Translations under genes and position numbers: made by a program
Notes under the pieces: model-generated
What the model was told of the DNA's origin: nothing
Database searches by the model: none
The model's input: the letters and a program-made list of their open reading frames with translations, nothing else
Origin: an uncultured Planctomycetales bacterium
GTDB taxonomy: Bacteria; Omnitrophota; Gorgyraeia; Gygaellales; Profunditerraquicolaceae
Direction of reading: 5' to 3'
NCBI GenBank assembly: GCA_964545575.1
Contig: CAZJFL010000002.1
Span: 1-57,563 of the forward strand
Length of the DNA: 57,563 bases
Shown: piece after piece, positions 9,321 to 20,095 of the stretch
How the letters are laid out: each line of letters starts with the position of its first letter
Position numbering within the stretch: the stretch's first letter is position 1

Positions 9321-9662
9321 ATGGATAATGCAGACTTTATAGAAAAACGGGCTTTTCCTCGATTTCCGGTAAGCATCCCCGTGGATTACTCTGATTTGAC
9401 TTCCCATAAAACTGCCCAGGGATATACCCAAGACATCAGCGCTCAGGGTTTGGGTTTAGTTACGCAGGATAAATTATCTGTGGGCACATCTTTGGATATT
9501 TGTTTGCGCATCGCGGATAACGGCGAGGAAATCCGCAGAAGAGGCACTGTGGTCTGGTCGAATATGCTCGAACCGGAGAAATACCGGGCAGGAATTAAAT
9601 TAGAAGAGCCAAAACTTAAACCCATCCCGCTGGTTTTAAGAACCGTCAGCCAGAAAATCTAA
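9321..9662 (+). CDS. PilZ domain protein (c-di-GMP receptor)
   Basis: RxxxR-type motif (KRAFPR) plus DISAQGLG (D/NxSxxG). Confidence 0.8.
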   Translation: MDNADFIEKRAFPRFPVSIPVDYSDLTSHKTAQGYTQDISAQGLGLVTQDKLSVGTSLDICLRIADNGEEIRRRGTVVWSNMLEPEKYRAGIKLEEPKLKPIPLVLRTVSQKI

Positions 9663-9777
9663 AACCCCACAACTTACCGCTCTAAACACCCTATTTATCA
9701 GTATGTCAACATTAACACTCTTTAGCATCTAAATTACTCTTTTAGGATATATATGTTAAAGAATGTAAAGATTTTCC

Positions 9778-9806
9778 TTGACAAATCCTATTTTCTTTAT
9801 TATAAT
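9778..9806 (+). promoter_or_regulatory. perfect-consensus sigma70 promoter
   Basis: TTGACA, exactly 17 nt, TATAAT, followed by AGGAGAG and ATG 9831. It lies inside the N-terminal extension drawn by the ORF track. Confidence 0.6.
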
Positions 9807-9830
9807 TATTCTTGTAAAGAGGAGAGAGAT

Positions 9831-10016
9831 ATGACAGCAGTTAACGGCGGGTTGATGACTATTGAAGATTTAGCAAGTTATCTAAAGGTCACCCGCAGGA
9901 CTATTTATGATTGGCTTAAAAATAATAAAATCCCGGCGGTAAAGCTCATCGGGCAATGGCGTTTTCGTAAAGATAAAATCGATGCCTGGATTGAAAATAA
10001 ATCCCAACCACATTAA
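9831..10016 (+). CDS. excisionase-family helix-turn-helix DNA-binding protein
   Basis: IEDLASYLKVTRRTIYDWLKNNKIPAVKLIGQWRF matches the excisionase/MerR-type HTH pattern. I chose the start downstream of the promoter and SD. Confidence 0.7.
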   Translation: MTAVNGGLMTIEDLASYLKVTRRTIYDWLKNNKIPAVKLIGQWRFRKDKIDAWIENKSQPH

Positions 10017-10115
10017 CGCCCGAACATATCTAGCACCCCGCCATATCGGAATAGCGGGTGTGCCGCCCATCGCGGCAATTGTTCGGCGTGCGCTTGCTGC
10101 GCAAGGAGAAGCTTT

Positions 10116-13100
10116 ATGTATTTTAAAAGATTAGAGCTCATCGGGTTCAAATCATTTTTCAATAAAACCACGCTTAATTTTGAGCCCGGTATCACCGCGA
10201 TAGTCGGGCCTAACGGTTGCGGTAAGTCTAATATCTTTGATGCCATCCGCTGGGTACTGGGCGAACAATCCGTCAAGTCCCTGCGTGGTTCAGAGATGCA
10301 GGACGTTATTTTCAACGGCACGGATCTTAAAGAGCCTCTCTCTATGGCAGAGGTCACTTTAATTTTTGATAACAGCACCCGGTTTTTTCAGCTAGATCAG
10401 CAGGAGGTGGTAGTAACCCGCAGGATTTTCAGGTCCGGAGAGAGTGAATACCTTCTGAATAAGACACTGGTGCGCCTGAAAGATATTTTAGATTTACTGA
10501 TGGGTACCGGTATCGGAGCGGAAAGCTATTCTTTGGTGGCGCAGGGCAAAATTGACCTCATCTTAAGCTCAAGGCCGGAAGACCGGCGCCTGGTTTTTGA
10601 TGAGGCAGCAGGCATCACCAAATATAAAACACAAAAGAAAGAGGCCCAGCGCAGGTTAGAAGAGACAGAGCAGAATCTTTTGCGCGTAAATGACATCGTG
10701 GTGGAAGTCAAGCGCCAGATCGGCTCGCTTGAACGCCAGGCGAATAAGGCGCGTAGATACCAGGAAGTATTCGCAGAGTTAAAAGCTAAGGAGGGGGTGC
10801 TGGCGCTTTCCCAGAAGAGCGAATTAGAGAAAGAGAAAAACGAAATAGCCGCAAAACTTGGCAAGATCATGTCCAGGCAGCAGGAATTGCTGGAGCTGAT
10901 CACCCAGCAGGAAGCCCGGATTAATTCCCATACTCGGGATTTAAAGGCTTTTGAAGACAGGATCCTGGATATCAAGAATCAGGTCTTAAGCCTGGATAAT
11001 GTTATCTTGCGCAATAAAGAACGCATCGGCTTTAACCAGGAGAGGGTTAAGGAGCTAGAGTCCGATAAAAAATATCTCCAAGGGCAAATCGAACAGACCA
11101 AAAACAGGCTCGCGCAGGATGAGGAAAAATTAGGCCACCTGAAAAAAGAGTACGCCGGCATAAATAATAATATTTTAGAGAAAACCGCCCTATTAAACGA
11201 AAAAGAAATACAGCTTAACAATATCACCGTCTCTATAAAATCAGCTTTAGAAAATATCGCATCGGCAAAAAAATCTATTTTAGATTTAGCCGCCCGGATC
11301 GCCGGTAAGAGAAACGAAATTACGGAATATTCTTCTAAAGACCAGATATACCTGGCGCGCCAGAAGCGCTTGGCGTTAGAAAAGGCTAAACTTAATGAAG
11401 AGCGCTCAGTAGTAGAGGCCAGCTTAAACAGCGTAAATCAGGAAGTAGAAACGCTTGAAAGGGACTTCGCCGGCATAGAGGCAGGGATCCGAGACAGGCA
11501 AACCGAAGCAGAGAAAGAAAACGGGTCTTTAAATAGCCTGAATACAGAAATCGCCGCCTTAGAAAAGCAAAGCCTCACCCTGCATTCGCAGAAAGAGTTT
11601 CTGGATAAGCTGAAAACCGAATACGAGGGGATAGGCGAATCGATGAATGCGCTGGTTTATCTGGATAAATTACCCAGCGATAAAGTAACCGGCCTGGTCT
11701 TAAAAATAAAAGAATACCTTAATTTAAACGACCAGGATAAGCAGGCGTTCGGCGTCGCCAGCCTTAAATTAAGCGGCGAGGCAAAACCCGTTGATTTAGA
11801 TACGCACAAGATCAGCGAAAAGATTGAACAGGCGAGAAACAAGATAGAGGCCTTACGAGGCGCCAAAGCAGAAAAAGAGAGGTGCCTGGAGGAATTAGGC
11901 AGCTTGATCGCTAAACTTAAAGAAGGCCTGCGCGCCCAAGAGATAGAGCTGGTCAATAAAAAGGCTTACCGTTCCGGCATCCTGGAGCAGTGCGGAAAAA
12001 TTAAAGAAGAAGACCAGATCATCGCCCTTGAGCTTGCTGACGTGGAGCGGGAATTATCGCTGTTAGAGGAAAAAATCTCCCAAATGCAGTCTGCCTTGGC
12101 GGCTGTAGAAGACGAAGAGAAGCATAAAGACGAATTGATTTTGCGAGAGCAGAATAATATTACTGCGCAGAATAGCTCTAAAGAAGAAGCAATAGTATTG
12201 ATTACCCAGACCAAGACCGAAATAGAAGACTTAAACAGGCGCCTCTCTTCCGACCAGAGTACGCTGGTTATCCTGGAGGATACCTGTCGGCAGGATAGGG
12301 AAACGCTGGAAAATCTAGAGCGGCAAATAGCGGATAACCAGTCCAAGTGCGCATCGCTTTCGCAAGAGATAAAAGATTTAGAGGCAAAAATAAAAGAGGC
12401 GGCCGATGATATCCGGGTCCAGCATGAGTCTTTAAGCCAGGTGCAGGATAAATACCGCGAGGTTTTCGGTGACCACGACGAGGTGCTTAAAAAAATAGAG
12501 CTGGATAAGAAAGAGCTGGATGGCCACAAGAACGGGGTGCACGAATTAGAAATGCGGGGCAAAGAAATAGATTACCGCTATTTAAGCATCAAAGAGAGGA
12601 TGCTGGGGGCTTACAAAATAGATTTAGATAGCCTGTATCAGGATAATCCGCTGGCGATAGACCCGGGATTAATTACTGAAGAAATACGCCTCTTGAAAGA
12701 GAAGCTGGATTCCTACGGCACGGTTAACCTGGTGGCGATAGAAGAATACGATGAGCTTAAAAAACGTTATGATTTTCTAACCCAGCAGCAGAATGATTTA
12801 CTTTCTGCCAAAGGATCCCTGCACGATGCAATACTTAAGATCAACCGCACCACTAAACTGTTATTCATGGAGACCTTTGAAAAAGTAAGGCAGGAGTTCC
12901 GCAACTATTTCCGGCTCTTATTTAACGGCGGCGATGCGCAGGTTTTCTTAATTGACGAGCAGGACCCTTTAGAATCGGGCATCGAAATCATCTGCCGGCC
13001 TCCGGGAAAGAAGCTGCAGAATGTCCTCTTGCTTTCGGGAGGAGAAAAAGCCCTGGCGGCAATAGCCTTGATTTTCGCCATCTTTAAAATCAAGCCCGCG

Positions 13101-13349
13101 CCCTTCTGCGTATTGGATGAAATAGACGCGGCGTTAGATGAGGCTAATGTTGACCGCTACAGCCGCCTGCTTCAGGAATTTGCCAAGGATTCGCAGTTTA
13201 TCGCCATTACCCATAACAAAAAGACCATTGCCAATGCCGACGTGATGTACGGAATAACTATGGAAGAGTCCGGGATTTCCAAGATCGTCTCGGTAAAGCT
13301 CGCTCAGAACAGGGATAAAGATAAAGCACCGGATATGGCGGCGGTTTAA
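10116..13349 (+). CDS. smc: chromosome segregation protein SMC
   Basis: 1077 aa. N-terminal Walker A GPNGCGKSN, long coiled coils, a hinge, and C-terminal LSGGEK and LDEIDAALD motifs. Confidence 0.95.
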   Translation: MYFKRLELIGFKSFFNKTTLNFEPGITAIVGPNGCGKSNIFDAIRWVLGEQSVKSLRGSEMQDVIFNGTDLKEPLSMAEVTLIFDNSTRFFQLDQQEVVVTRRIFRSGESEYLLNKTLVRLKDILDLLMGTGIGAESYSLVAQGKIDLILSSRPEDRRLVFDEAAGITKYKTQKKEAQRRLEETEQNLLRVNDIVVEVKRQIGSLERQANKARRYQEVFAELKAKEGVLALSQKSELEKEKNEIAAKLGKIMSRQQELLELITQQEARINSHTRDLKAFEDRILDIKNQVLSLDNVILRNKERIGFNQERVKELESDKKYLQGQIEQTKNRLAQDEEKLGHLKKEYAGINNNILEKTALLNEKEIQLNNITVSIKSALENIASAKKSILDLAARIAGKRNEITEYSSKDQIYLARQKRLALEKAKLNEERSVVEASLNSVNQEVETLERDFAGIEAGIRDRQTEAEKENGSLNSLNTEIAALEKQSLTLHSQKEFLDKLKTEYEGIGESMNALVYLDKLPSDKVTGLVLKIKEYLNLNDQDKQAFGVASLKLSGEAKPVDLDTHKISEKIEQARNKIEALRGAKAEKERCLEELGSLIAKLKEGLRAQEIELVNKKAYRSGILEQCGKIKEEDQIIALELADVERELSLLEEKISQMQSALAAVEDEEKHKDELILREQNNITAQNSSKEEAIVLITQTKTEIEDLNRRLSSDQSTLVILEDTCRQDRETLENLERQIADNQSKCASLSQEIKDLEAKIKEAADDIRVQHESLSQVQDKYREVFGDHDEVLKKIELDKKELDGHKNGVHELEMRGKEIDYRYLSIKERMLGAYKIDLDSLYQDNPLAIDPGLITEEIRLLKEKLDSYGTVNLVAIEEYDELKKRYDFLTQQQNDLLSAKGSLHDAILKINRTTKLLFMETFEKVRQEFRNYFRLLFNGGDAQVFLIDEQDPLESGIEIICRPPGKKLQNVLLLSGGEKALAAIALIFAIFKIKPAPFCVLDEIDAALDEANVDRYSRLLQEFAKDSQFIAITHNKKTIANADVMYGITMEESGISKIVSVKLAQNRDKDKAPDMAAV

Positions 13350-13355
13350 GTAGCT

Positions 13356-14519
13356 TTAAGAACAGGTGGTGTTTTTGCCTTTATGCTTTGCCTGGTAGAG
13401 CGCCTGGTCGGAATAGTGAATTAGTTCGGTAGGGTTAGAGCCGTTTTCCGGATGGGAAGATACGCCGATACTGACGGTTAGTTTTTTATTGGGCAGGACC
13501 TCTTCATAGACAAAATGCTGCTTTCCAATATCTATCCTTAATCTCTCCGCGATTAAAAGCGCCTCTTTCTTGTCGGTCTGCGGTAAGATAATCATAAACT
13601 CTTCTCCGCCGTAACGGCAGACAGAATCCATTTTACGGGATTGGTTTTTAATCAGTGCCGCCATTTCCTTAAGTATTTTATCGCCTGCCTGATGGCCGAG
13701 GGTGTCGTTATAGATCTTAAAATCATCTATGTCTATGGCCAGGAGGCTAGTGGGCTGCTTGGTTACTTTTGCTTTTTCTAATTCCGTCTGCAGGAGATAC
13801 TGGAAATAACCGTGGTTCCAGAGCTCAGTCAGCGAATCGGTGTGGCTACGCATTACCGTTTTTTCGTAAAGTTGGGAGTTTTCTATAGCCAGGCCGGCTT
13901 GGTTGGCAAGCATGATCAGCATGCTCATATCGTCCTTGGTAATCGGCTCTTTGGTGATGAAATTATCCGCCAGGATTATACCGTTTACCTTATCCTTTGC
14001 CTTTAAAGGCACGATCGCCATCTCCTCGCTGTGTAGTAAATGGATAATCTGGTCTTGGAAGTGTTTTTGTATGTTATCTTTAGTTAAATGCAGGGGCATA
14101 CCGTCGAGTACCCCTAAGGCAAGCAGCCCTCCGTTTTGTTCATCCATGGGTAGTTTCAGGTGTTTGATCTGCTGGTTGAGCCCCGATTCGATGATGCCCC
14201 CGGAGATCTTATAGGTATTAATCAGGTCATCCAGGGTCATCTGCTCCTTTTCTATATGCCACCAGATACGGTTAGCCTCTTCGGTGTTTTCCGGCCCGAT
14301 CCCCATTTTGCCTTCGATAATACCTTCTTTTTCATTCACCAGGAAAAGCATTGCCCGGTTAAAACCCAACCCTAAATGCGCAGTGACGCCGGTCAGGATG
14401 ATGTATAAAATCTCATCCAGTTTTAAGGTTGTGCGCATGGCATTGGAGATCTCATAGAGGATGGAAAGCTCTACCTTAGTGCGCTCTAGCTCCTGCTTTA
14501 TTTTAGCCAGTTCTTCCAT
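13356..14519 (-). CDS. GAF-GGDEF diguanylate cyclase
   Basis: N-terminal coiled coil plus GAF-like region. Active-site GGEEF with an RKMD (RxxD) I-site five residues upstream. Confidence 0.9.
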   Translation of the reverse strand: MEELAKIKQELERTKVELSILYEISNAMRTTLKLDEILYIILTGVTAHLGLGFNRAMLFLVNEKEGIIEGKMGIGPENTEEANRIWWHIEKEQMTLDDLINTYKISGGIIESGLNQQIKHLKLPMDEQNGGLLALGVLDGMPLHLTKDNIQKHFQDQIIHLLHSEEMAIVPLKAKDKVNGIILADNFITKEPITKDDMSMLIMLANQAGLAIENSQLYEKTVMRSHTDSLTELWNHGYFQYLLQTELEKAKVTKQPTSLLAIDIDDFKIYNDTLGHQAGDKILKEMAALIKNQSRKMDSVCRYGGEEFMIILPQTDKKEALLIAERLRIDIGKQHFVYEEVLPNKKLTVSIGVSSHPENGSNPTELIHYSDQALYQAKHKGKNTTCS

Positions 14520-14578
14520 AATTCATTAACTTTAACACATTTTTACCCTAGTGTCAAGGCTATAGCCCATTTAAAGCG

Positions 14579-14607
14579 TTGACACCCGCCTAAAAGCGTG
14601 ATATATT
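14579..14607 (+). promoter_or_regulatory. sigma70-like promoter for rpsU
   Basis: TTGACA, 17-nt spacer, TATATT. Confidence 0.55.
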
Positions 14608-14672
14608 AATGACTTACGTTATAAAAAAATTAAGGAAAATTTCAAAAATCTACAGGAAAGGGGATGATATAC

Positions 14673-14843
14673 TTGCCGCAGATAGAAATAAGAAAAGACG
14701 AATCTTTTGAAGCAGCATTGCGCCGTTTTAAGAAGAAAATCGAACAGGAGGGCATTTTAAGGGAACTCAGGGACCGCAAGCATTACGAAAAACCCAGCGA
14801 GCGCAAAAGAAAGAAGATGCGCCGGGGCGTAAGAAAGCCATAA
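14673..14843 (+). CDS. rpsU: 30S ribosomal protein S21 (absent from ORF track)
   Basis: Hand translation gives (M)[47 protein letters not shown]. The TTG start is about 9 nt after GGAAAGGGG; in-frame ATG 14664 is an alternative. Confidence 0.85.
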   Translation: MPQIEIRKDESFEAALRRFKKKIEQEGILRELRDRKHYEKPSERKRKKMRRGVRKP

Positions 14844-14845
14844 AC

Positions 14846-15760
14846 ATGCTTGGGCTTTCTACTGCTTGGCGGGCGTCACAATATGAAGACGCAAAGCAGA
14901 TGATCTTTGAAATAAAGGCCGCAGGCTTTACAGAGGTGGAGCTAAGCTTTAATTTAACTCATGGCATGGTAGGAGAAATCGCCGGGATGGTTAAAGAGGG
15001 ACAGATCAAAGTGGTTAGCCTGCATAACTTCTGCCCCATACCGGATAATCTGGCGAGAGAGGAGGCCCTCCCCGATTATTATTCTCTATCTTCTCTGGAT
15101 GAAACAGAGCGGCTAGAGGCGCTATATTTTACCAAGCGCACCATAGATACGGCGCAAGATATGGGGGCGAGGGCGGTAGTTTTACATTGCGGCAGGGTGG
15201 ATATTCCGGATAAAACCAGGGCGCTGATCGACCTTTATCAGCGCGGGTTAAAAGGTTCCCGGGAGTTTGACCAGGTCAAAGATGCTTTCATCATCCAGAG
15301 GCAGGCTGCTGTAAAGCCTTACTTGGCTTGTGCGCTGGAAAGCATAGCTACGCTTAGCCGATACGCTAAAAAATCAGGCATCCTTTTAGGCATAGAAACC
15401 CGTTTTTATTATCGCGAAATCCCGTCTTTGGAAGAATTAGGCATCATCTTAAATCAGTTTAAAGGCAGCAATGTATTTTACTGGCATGATACCGGGCATG
15501 CCCAGGTGATGGATAATCTGGGGTTGGCCAGACACGAGGAGTATTTAGAGCGGTATGCTCCGGAAATGCTCGGCATCCACCTGCATAATCTCATCGGATG
15601 CTCTGACCATCAAGCCCCGCATCAGGGGGATTTTGATTTTTACCGGTTAAAACCTTTTTTAAAAGAAAATACGCTTAAAATCATCGAAGCCCACGAACAG
15701 GCAACCGCCAGAGACTTAAAACTGAGTAAAGATTATCTGGAAAGGGTTTTTCATGGATGA
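14846..15760 (+). CDS. sugar phosphate isomerase/epimerase (xylose isomerase-like TIM barrel)
   Basis: Pattern of conserved H/D/E metal ligands (VVLHCG, GIETR, WHDTGH, EAHE) typical of the AP-endonuclease-2/TIM-barrel family. Confidence 0.75.
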   Translation: MLGLSTAWRASQYEDAKQMIFEIKAAGFTEVELSFNLTHGMVGEIAGMVKEGQIKVVSLHNFCPIPDNLAREEALPDYYSLSSLDETERLEALYFTKRTIDTAQDMGARAVVLHCGRVDIPDKTRALIDLYQRGLKGSREFDQVKDAFIIQRQAAVKPYLACALESIATLSRYAKKSGILLGIETRFYYREIPSLEELGIILNQFKGSNVFYWHDTGHAQVMDNLGLARHEEYLERYAPEMLGIHLHNLIGCSDHQAPHQGDFDFYRLKPFLKENTLKIIEAHEQATARDLKLSKDYLERVFHG

Positions 15761-16031
15761 AGGAAAGTTTATCCCTCCTGAGCCGGATTTTAATTTCTTT
15801 GTGACCACCCTTGCCTTGCAGGCCGCCATTGCCTTAGGGCAGGTGCCTAATCCGGCTACCGATAAAAAGGAAGAGGACCTGACTCAGGCTAAGTTTTTAG
15901 TGGATACGCTGGGCATGCTCGCCGATAAGACTAAGGGTAATCTCACTCAACAGGAGGCGTCTTTCATCGATAATTTACTTTACGAATTAAGAATGCAGTA
16001 TCTTGCAAAAACAAAAGGAGAACAGAAATGA
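15753..16031 (+). CDS. DUF1844 domain protein
   Basis: [19 protein letters not shown]...[14 protein letters not shown] pattern characteristic of DUF1844. Confidence 0.7.
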   Translation: MDEGKFIPPEPDFNFFVTTLALQAAIALGQVPNPATDKKEEDLTQAKFLVDTLGMLADKTKGNLTQQEASFIDNLLYELRMQYLAKTKGEQK

Positions 16032-16183
16032 TTGACAAGGATTTATTAGAGATTCTGGCCTGCCCCGCCTGCAAGGGAGATGTGGAATTAAAAGACAATA
16101 AAATCGTCTGTAAAGCTTGCGGCAAGAAATACCCCGTAAAAGACGGGATACCGGTGATGCTCATTGATGAAGCGCAAGATTAA
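16028..16183 (+). CDS. Trm112-family zinc-ribbon protein (absent from ORF track)
   Basis: Hand translation gives [51 protein letters not shown]. Overlaps the upstream stop by 4 nt. Confidence 0.75.
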   Translation: MIDKDLLEILACPACKGDVELKDNKIVCKACGKKYPVKDGIPVMLIDEAQD

Positions 16184-16628
16184 AAAAACAAAGAAAATAT
16201 TGGTTATCCACGGGCCTAGTCTTGGATTACTGGGCGAGAGGGAACCGAATATCTACGGCAGGGTGACCTTGAAACAGATAAATAGCGCTTTGCGCAAGAT
16301 CGCTTCCAGCAATAAGGTAAAGCTGCTGATCCGGCAGTCTAATTACGAAGGCGAGATTGTGGATTTGATTTGCCGCGCGAGAAATAAGTTTAACGCTTTA
16401 CTGATCAACCCGGCTGCCTATACCCATACCAGCGTCGCTATCCGGGATGCCATTTCCGGCTCAGGGATTATTACCGCGGAGGTGCATCTTTCCAATATCT
16501 ACGCCCGGGAAGATTTCCGGCATAAATCTTTGATCAGCCCGGTAGTGCAGGCTACCATCACCGGCTTTGGGCCAAAGAGCTATTTATTAGGCCTGGAGGC
16601 ATTAATAGATCTGCTTGATGCGCAATGA
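16164..16628 (+). CDS. aroQ: type II 3-dehydroquinate dehydratase
   Basis: [37 protein letters not shown] and HLSNIYARE motifs. Confidence 0.92.
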   Translation: MMKRKIKKTKKILVIHGPSLGLLGEREPNIYGRVTLKQINSALRKIASSNKVKLLIRQSNYEGEIVDLICRARNKFNALLINPAAYTHTSVAIRDAISGSGIITAEVHLSNIYAREDFRHKSLISPVVQATITGFGPKSYLLGLEALIDLLDAQ

Positions 16629-17683
16629 ACCTACGCATAAAAAAAGTTTATGCAAAGTTAAAAGAGGAAGGCCTGGACGGGCTACTTTTATCTTCCCCGG
16701 CAAATATTTCCTACCTTACCGGATATTTAAGCCGTGATTCCTATCTTTTAATTTCCCCCCGAGGCAAGGTTTATATCACCGATGCAAGATACCTCCAAGA
16801 AGCCAAGCAGAGCCTGAAAGGCTATTCTTTCCGGGAAACCAAAGGCAACCTTTCCGAGGTGATCGCCGATGCTTCCGGGAAACTAAAGCTAGAGCGTATC
16901 GGTTTTGAGGAAAGAGACTTAGTTTTTGCAGATTACAAAAAAATAAAGAGCGCCTTAGGCAGAACCGCCGATTTCATACCTGTCTATGGCCTGGTAGAAG
17001 AATTAAGGCAGATAAAGTCCCCCCAAGAATTAGCCTGCATTAGAAAAGCTGTCCAGATAACCCTAAAGGCGCTGGAGTTTGCCGCTGATTTTATCTCTCC
17101 CGGTAAAAAAGAGACTGAAGTGGCAGGGGAGCTGGAGCGTTTTATCCGCTATTGCGGGGGCAGAAGCTCTGCCTTTGATATCATCGTCGCCTCCGGCCCC
17201 AACTCCAGCTTCCCGCACCACTTGACTTCCCAGAGGCGCATCGGCAATAATGAGCCGGTCCTCATAGACATAGGCGTTGAATGCTCAGGATATAAATCCG
17301 ACTTGACAAGGGTATTCTTTTTGGGTAAAATAAACCTTCTAAACAGAAAGATTTACGATATAGTGCTAGGGGCGCAGGAAGCTGCCATAAAAAGGATAAA
17401 ACCCGGTATTTTTATAAATAAAATCGATACAGCTGCCCGCCAATATATTAGCAGAAAAGGATACGGCGGGTTTTTTGGTCATGCTTTAGGCCACGGGATA
17501 GGCCTGGCAGTGCACGAAGCGCCCGGTATATCCCCCCGGGCAGCCGGCAAATTAAAAGCCGGAATGGTTTTTACGGTTGAGCCGGCTATCTACCTTCCCG
17601 GCAAGTTCGGGATCAGGATAGAAGATATGGTCTTGGTAACCCAGAAAGGAGCCAGGGTAATCAGTGGCGCTCTCCATAAATGA
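16625..17683 (+). CDS. Xaa-Pro aminopeptidase/dipeptidase (M24B)
   Basis: Creatinase-like N-domain plus M24 metal ligands (DIG..YKSD, HGIGLAVHE, VEP..Y, IEDMV). Confidence 0.9.
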   Translation: MNLRIKKVYAKLKEEGLDGLLLSSPANISYLTGYLSRDSYLLISPRGKVYITDARYLQEAKQSLKGYSFRETKGNLSEVIADASGKLKLERIGFEERDLVFADYKKIKSALGRTADFIPVYGLVEELRQIKSPQELACIRKAVQITLKALEFAADFISPGKKETEVAGELERFIRYCGGRSSAFDIIVASGPNSSFPHHLTSQRRIGNNEPVLIDIGVECSGYKSDLTRVFFLGKINLLNRKIYDIVLGAQEAAIKRIKPGIFINKIDTAARQYISRKGYGGFFGHALGHGIGLAVHEAPGISPRAAGKLKAGMVFTVEPAIYLPGKFGIRIEDMVLVTQKGARVISGALHK

Positions 17684-18227
17684 AATCAAATCCGGGCTTA
17701 CTATCTTGGTCGACGGGGAAGTCTGGCTGGTCATCGATACCCAGCACGTCAAACCCGGTAAAGGCGCTGCCTTTGTGCGGGCTAAAATCAGGAACCTGAA
17801 GAACGGGAGCGTCCAGGAAAAGACCTTTAGGGGCGACGAAAAGATCGACGAGGCGTTCGTGGAGGAAAGAAAACTTCAGTATCAGTATTCCTCCGGTGGC
17901 CTCTACCATTTTATGGACCAGGAAAACTTTGAAGAAGTAGCAATCCCCAAAGACTATATTGCCGAAAAGGCCAAGTTCCTCAAAGATAACCTGGAAGTGA
18001 GCGCATATTACTATAAAGGCGATGTTTTGAATGTCAACCTTCCTAATTTTATCGAGTTCTCCATTACGCATACCGAACCCGGTATCAAGGGCGATACGGC
18101 AAAAAGCGGCACCAAGCCGGCAGAGATAGATACCGGCGCTACCGTCCAGGTACCGCTTTTTATCAACTCCGGCGATAGAATCAAAGTGGATACCAGAACC
18201 GGCCAGTACATAGAAAGGGTCGCTTAA
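17664..18227 (+). CDS. efp: elongation factor P
   Basis: GTG start. IDTQHVKPGKGAAFVRAKIRNL (KPGKG loop). 187 aa. Confidence 0.95.
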   Translation: MALSINEIKSGLTILVDGEVWLVIDTQHVKPGKGAAFVRAKIRNLKNGSVQEKTFRGDEKIDEAFVEERKLQYQYSSGGLYHFMDQENFEEVAIPKDYIAEKAKFLKDNLEVSAYYYKGDVLNVNLPNFIEFSITHTEPGIKGDTAKSGTKPAEIDTGATVQVPLFINSGDRIKVDTRTGQYIERVA

Positions 18228-18236
18228 AGCAGGAGT

Positions 18237-18701
18237 ATGCTTATGAACTTGAAAGAAATCAAAGAAATGATCGCTCTCATGAATGAGAACAATCTGATGG
18301 AACTTGAAATCGAAAAAGACGGAATGCGCATCAGGTTAAAAAAGACAGCCCCCGGAACCGAAGGAATAAGCAGCCCGATCATAGTAGAGAGGGAAAGGGT
18401 AGCCGAGCTCCCCAGGTATAAAGAGTCTGCGCAAGGCGTGGCAGAGAAAACAGGCTTAGGCACGGTAGAGATTAAGGCCCCGATGGTCGGGACTTTTTAC
18501 CGCGCGCCTTCTCCGGAAGCGCCGCCCTATGTGGAGGCAGGCCAGATCGTTGAGGCAGGGCAGGTCATCTGTATCATCGAGGCGATGAAGCTGATGAATG
18601 AGATCAAATCCGAAATAAAAGGCAAGATTATCGAAGTCCTGGTGGATAATGCCGAGCCTGTAGAGTTTGGCCAGTCAATGTTTCTCATCGAACCTATCTA
18701 A
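18237..18701 (+). CDS. accB: acetyl-CoA carboxylase biotin carboxyl carrier protein
   Basis: C-terminal biotinyl domain with the EAMKLMNEI biotinylation motif. Confidence 0.92.
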   Translation: MLMNLKEIKEMIALMNENNLMELEIEKDGMRIRLKKTAPGTEGISSPIIVERERVAELPRYKESAQGVAEKTGLGTVEIKAPMVGTFYRAPSPEAPPYVEAGQIVEAGQVICIIEAMKLMNEIKSEIKGKIIEVLVDNAEPVEFGQSMFLIEPI

Positions 18702-18703
18702 AG

Positions 18704-20062
18704 ATGTTCTCCAAAATCCTGATTGCTAACCGAGGCGAAATAGCCTTAAGAATCATACGTGCCTGCCGGGAGCTCGGTATCCGTACGGTTGCTGTTTACT
18801 CCGAAGTAGACCGGGAATCGCTGCATGTGCGCTTTGCCGATGAGGCGATTTGTATCGGCCAGGCGCAAAGCAGCAATAGTTATCTGAATATCCCCGCCAT
18901 TATCAGCGCAGCCGAGATTACCGATGTCGAGGCTATACATCCCGGATACGGCTTCTTAGCGGAAAACCCCCACTTTGCGGAAATCTGCGAATCCTGCCAG
19001 ATAACCTTTATCGGCCCGACCCCGGAAAACATTAAGCTGATGGGTGATAAGATGGCGGCGCGCGCCACCATGCAGAAAGCAGGCCTTCCCATTGTCCCGG
19101 GCGGCACCACCGTAGTGAAAAACAAAGAAGAAGCGATTAAAACCGCCAAGCGCATAGGCTATCCCGTAATTATTAAAGCGGCTGCCGGCGGAGGCGGTAA
19201 AGGGATGCGCGTCTGCCATAATGATATCACGCTGATTAGCAACCTGATGATTGCTCAGCAGGAGGCAGAGGCAAACTTCGGCAATCCTAATGTCTATATC
19301 GAGAAATATATCGATAAGCCGCGGCACATCGAAATACAGATCCTGGCGGATAAGCACGGCCATATCGTGCACTTAGGAGAAAGGGATTGTAGCATCCAGA
19401 GGAGGCATCAGAAGTTGCTGGAGGAATCCCCCTCGCCCGTCGTAAACAGTAAACTGCGCAAACGCTTGGGAGAAATGGCGGTCAGGGGGGCAAAGACCGT
19501 AAATTATATCAGCGCCGGGACCATAGAGTTTCTGCTGGATAGCAATAACAATTTTTATTTTATGGAGATGAATACCCGGATTCAGGTGGAGCATCCGGTA
19601 ACCGAGATGGTCACGGGTTTAGATTTAATCAAAGAGCAGATCAGGCTTGCCGCGGGAGAAAAACTACGCCTGCAGCAGGATGATATACGCCTTCAAGGTG
19701 CCGCCATAGAGTGTCGTATAAATGCCGAAGATTTCGAAAATAATTTTATGCCTTGCCCGGGCAGAATAGAGAAACTTAACCTGCCGGGGGGGCCGCGGGT
19801 GCGCGTCGATACGCATATCTATCAGGGGTATGAGATTTCGCCTTATTACGATTCTTTAGTAGCCAAGTTTATCACCCACGGCAATAACCGCAAGGAAGCG
19901 ATCAGGATCATGCAGCGTGCGTTAGGGGAGTTTGAGATCAGCCCCGTAAAAACTACCGCTGCTTTTCATCTGAAGCTCTTGAATAATCCGCTTTTTCTTG
20001 AGGGCAGGATATCGACGCATTTTGTCCAGGACTTACTGAAAGAAGAGAAGCTCCCAGAATGA
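18704..20062 (+). CDS. accC: acetyl-CoA carboxylase biotin carboxylase subunit
   Basis: [18 protein letters not shown]-terminus, ATP-grasp region, [14 protein letters not shown]. Confidence 0.96.
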   Translation: MFSKILIANRGEIALRIIRACRELGIRTVAVYSEVDRESLHVRFADEAICIGQAQSSNSYLNIPAIISAAEITDVEAIHPGYGFLAENPHFAEICESCQITFIGPTPENIKLMGDKMAARATMQKAGLPIVPGGTTVVKNKEEAIKTAKRIGYPVIIKAAAGGGGKGMRVCHNDITLISNLMIAQQEAEANFGNPNVYIEKYIDKPRHIEIQILADKHGHIVHLGERDCSIQRRHQKLLEESPSPVVNSKLRKRLGEMAVRGAKTVNYISAGTIEFLLDSNNNFYFMEMNTRIQVEHPVTEMVTGLDLIKEQIRLAAGEKLRLQQDDIRLQGAAIECRINAEDFENNFMPCPGRIEKLNLPGGPRVRVDTHIYQGYEISPYYDSLVAKFITHGNNRKEAIRIMQRALGEFEISPVKTTAAFHLKLLNNPLFLEGRISTHFVQDLLKEEKLPE

Positions 20063-20095
20063 TTAACCTCTATTAAATAGAAAGGGGGTAGAGAG

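Noticed and set aside
10526-12562. Several long minus-strand ORFs (10526-10975, 10979-11227, 11657-11956, 11966-12562) inside smc.
   Set aside because: They are antisense shadow ORFs of the Lys/Glu-rich coiled-coil region. Their products are low-complexity Ser/Phe/Leu-rich, and the + strand product is an unmistakable SMC.
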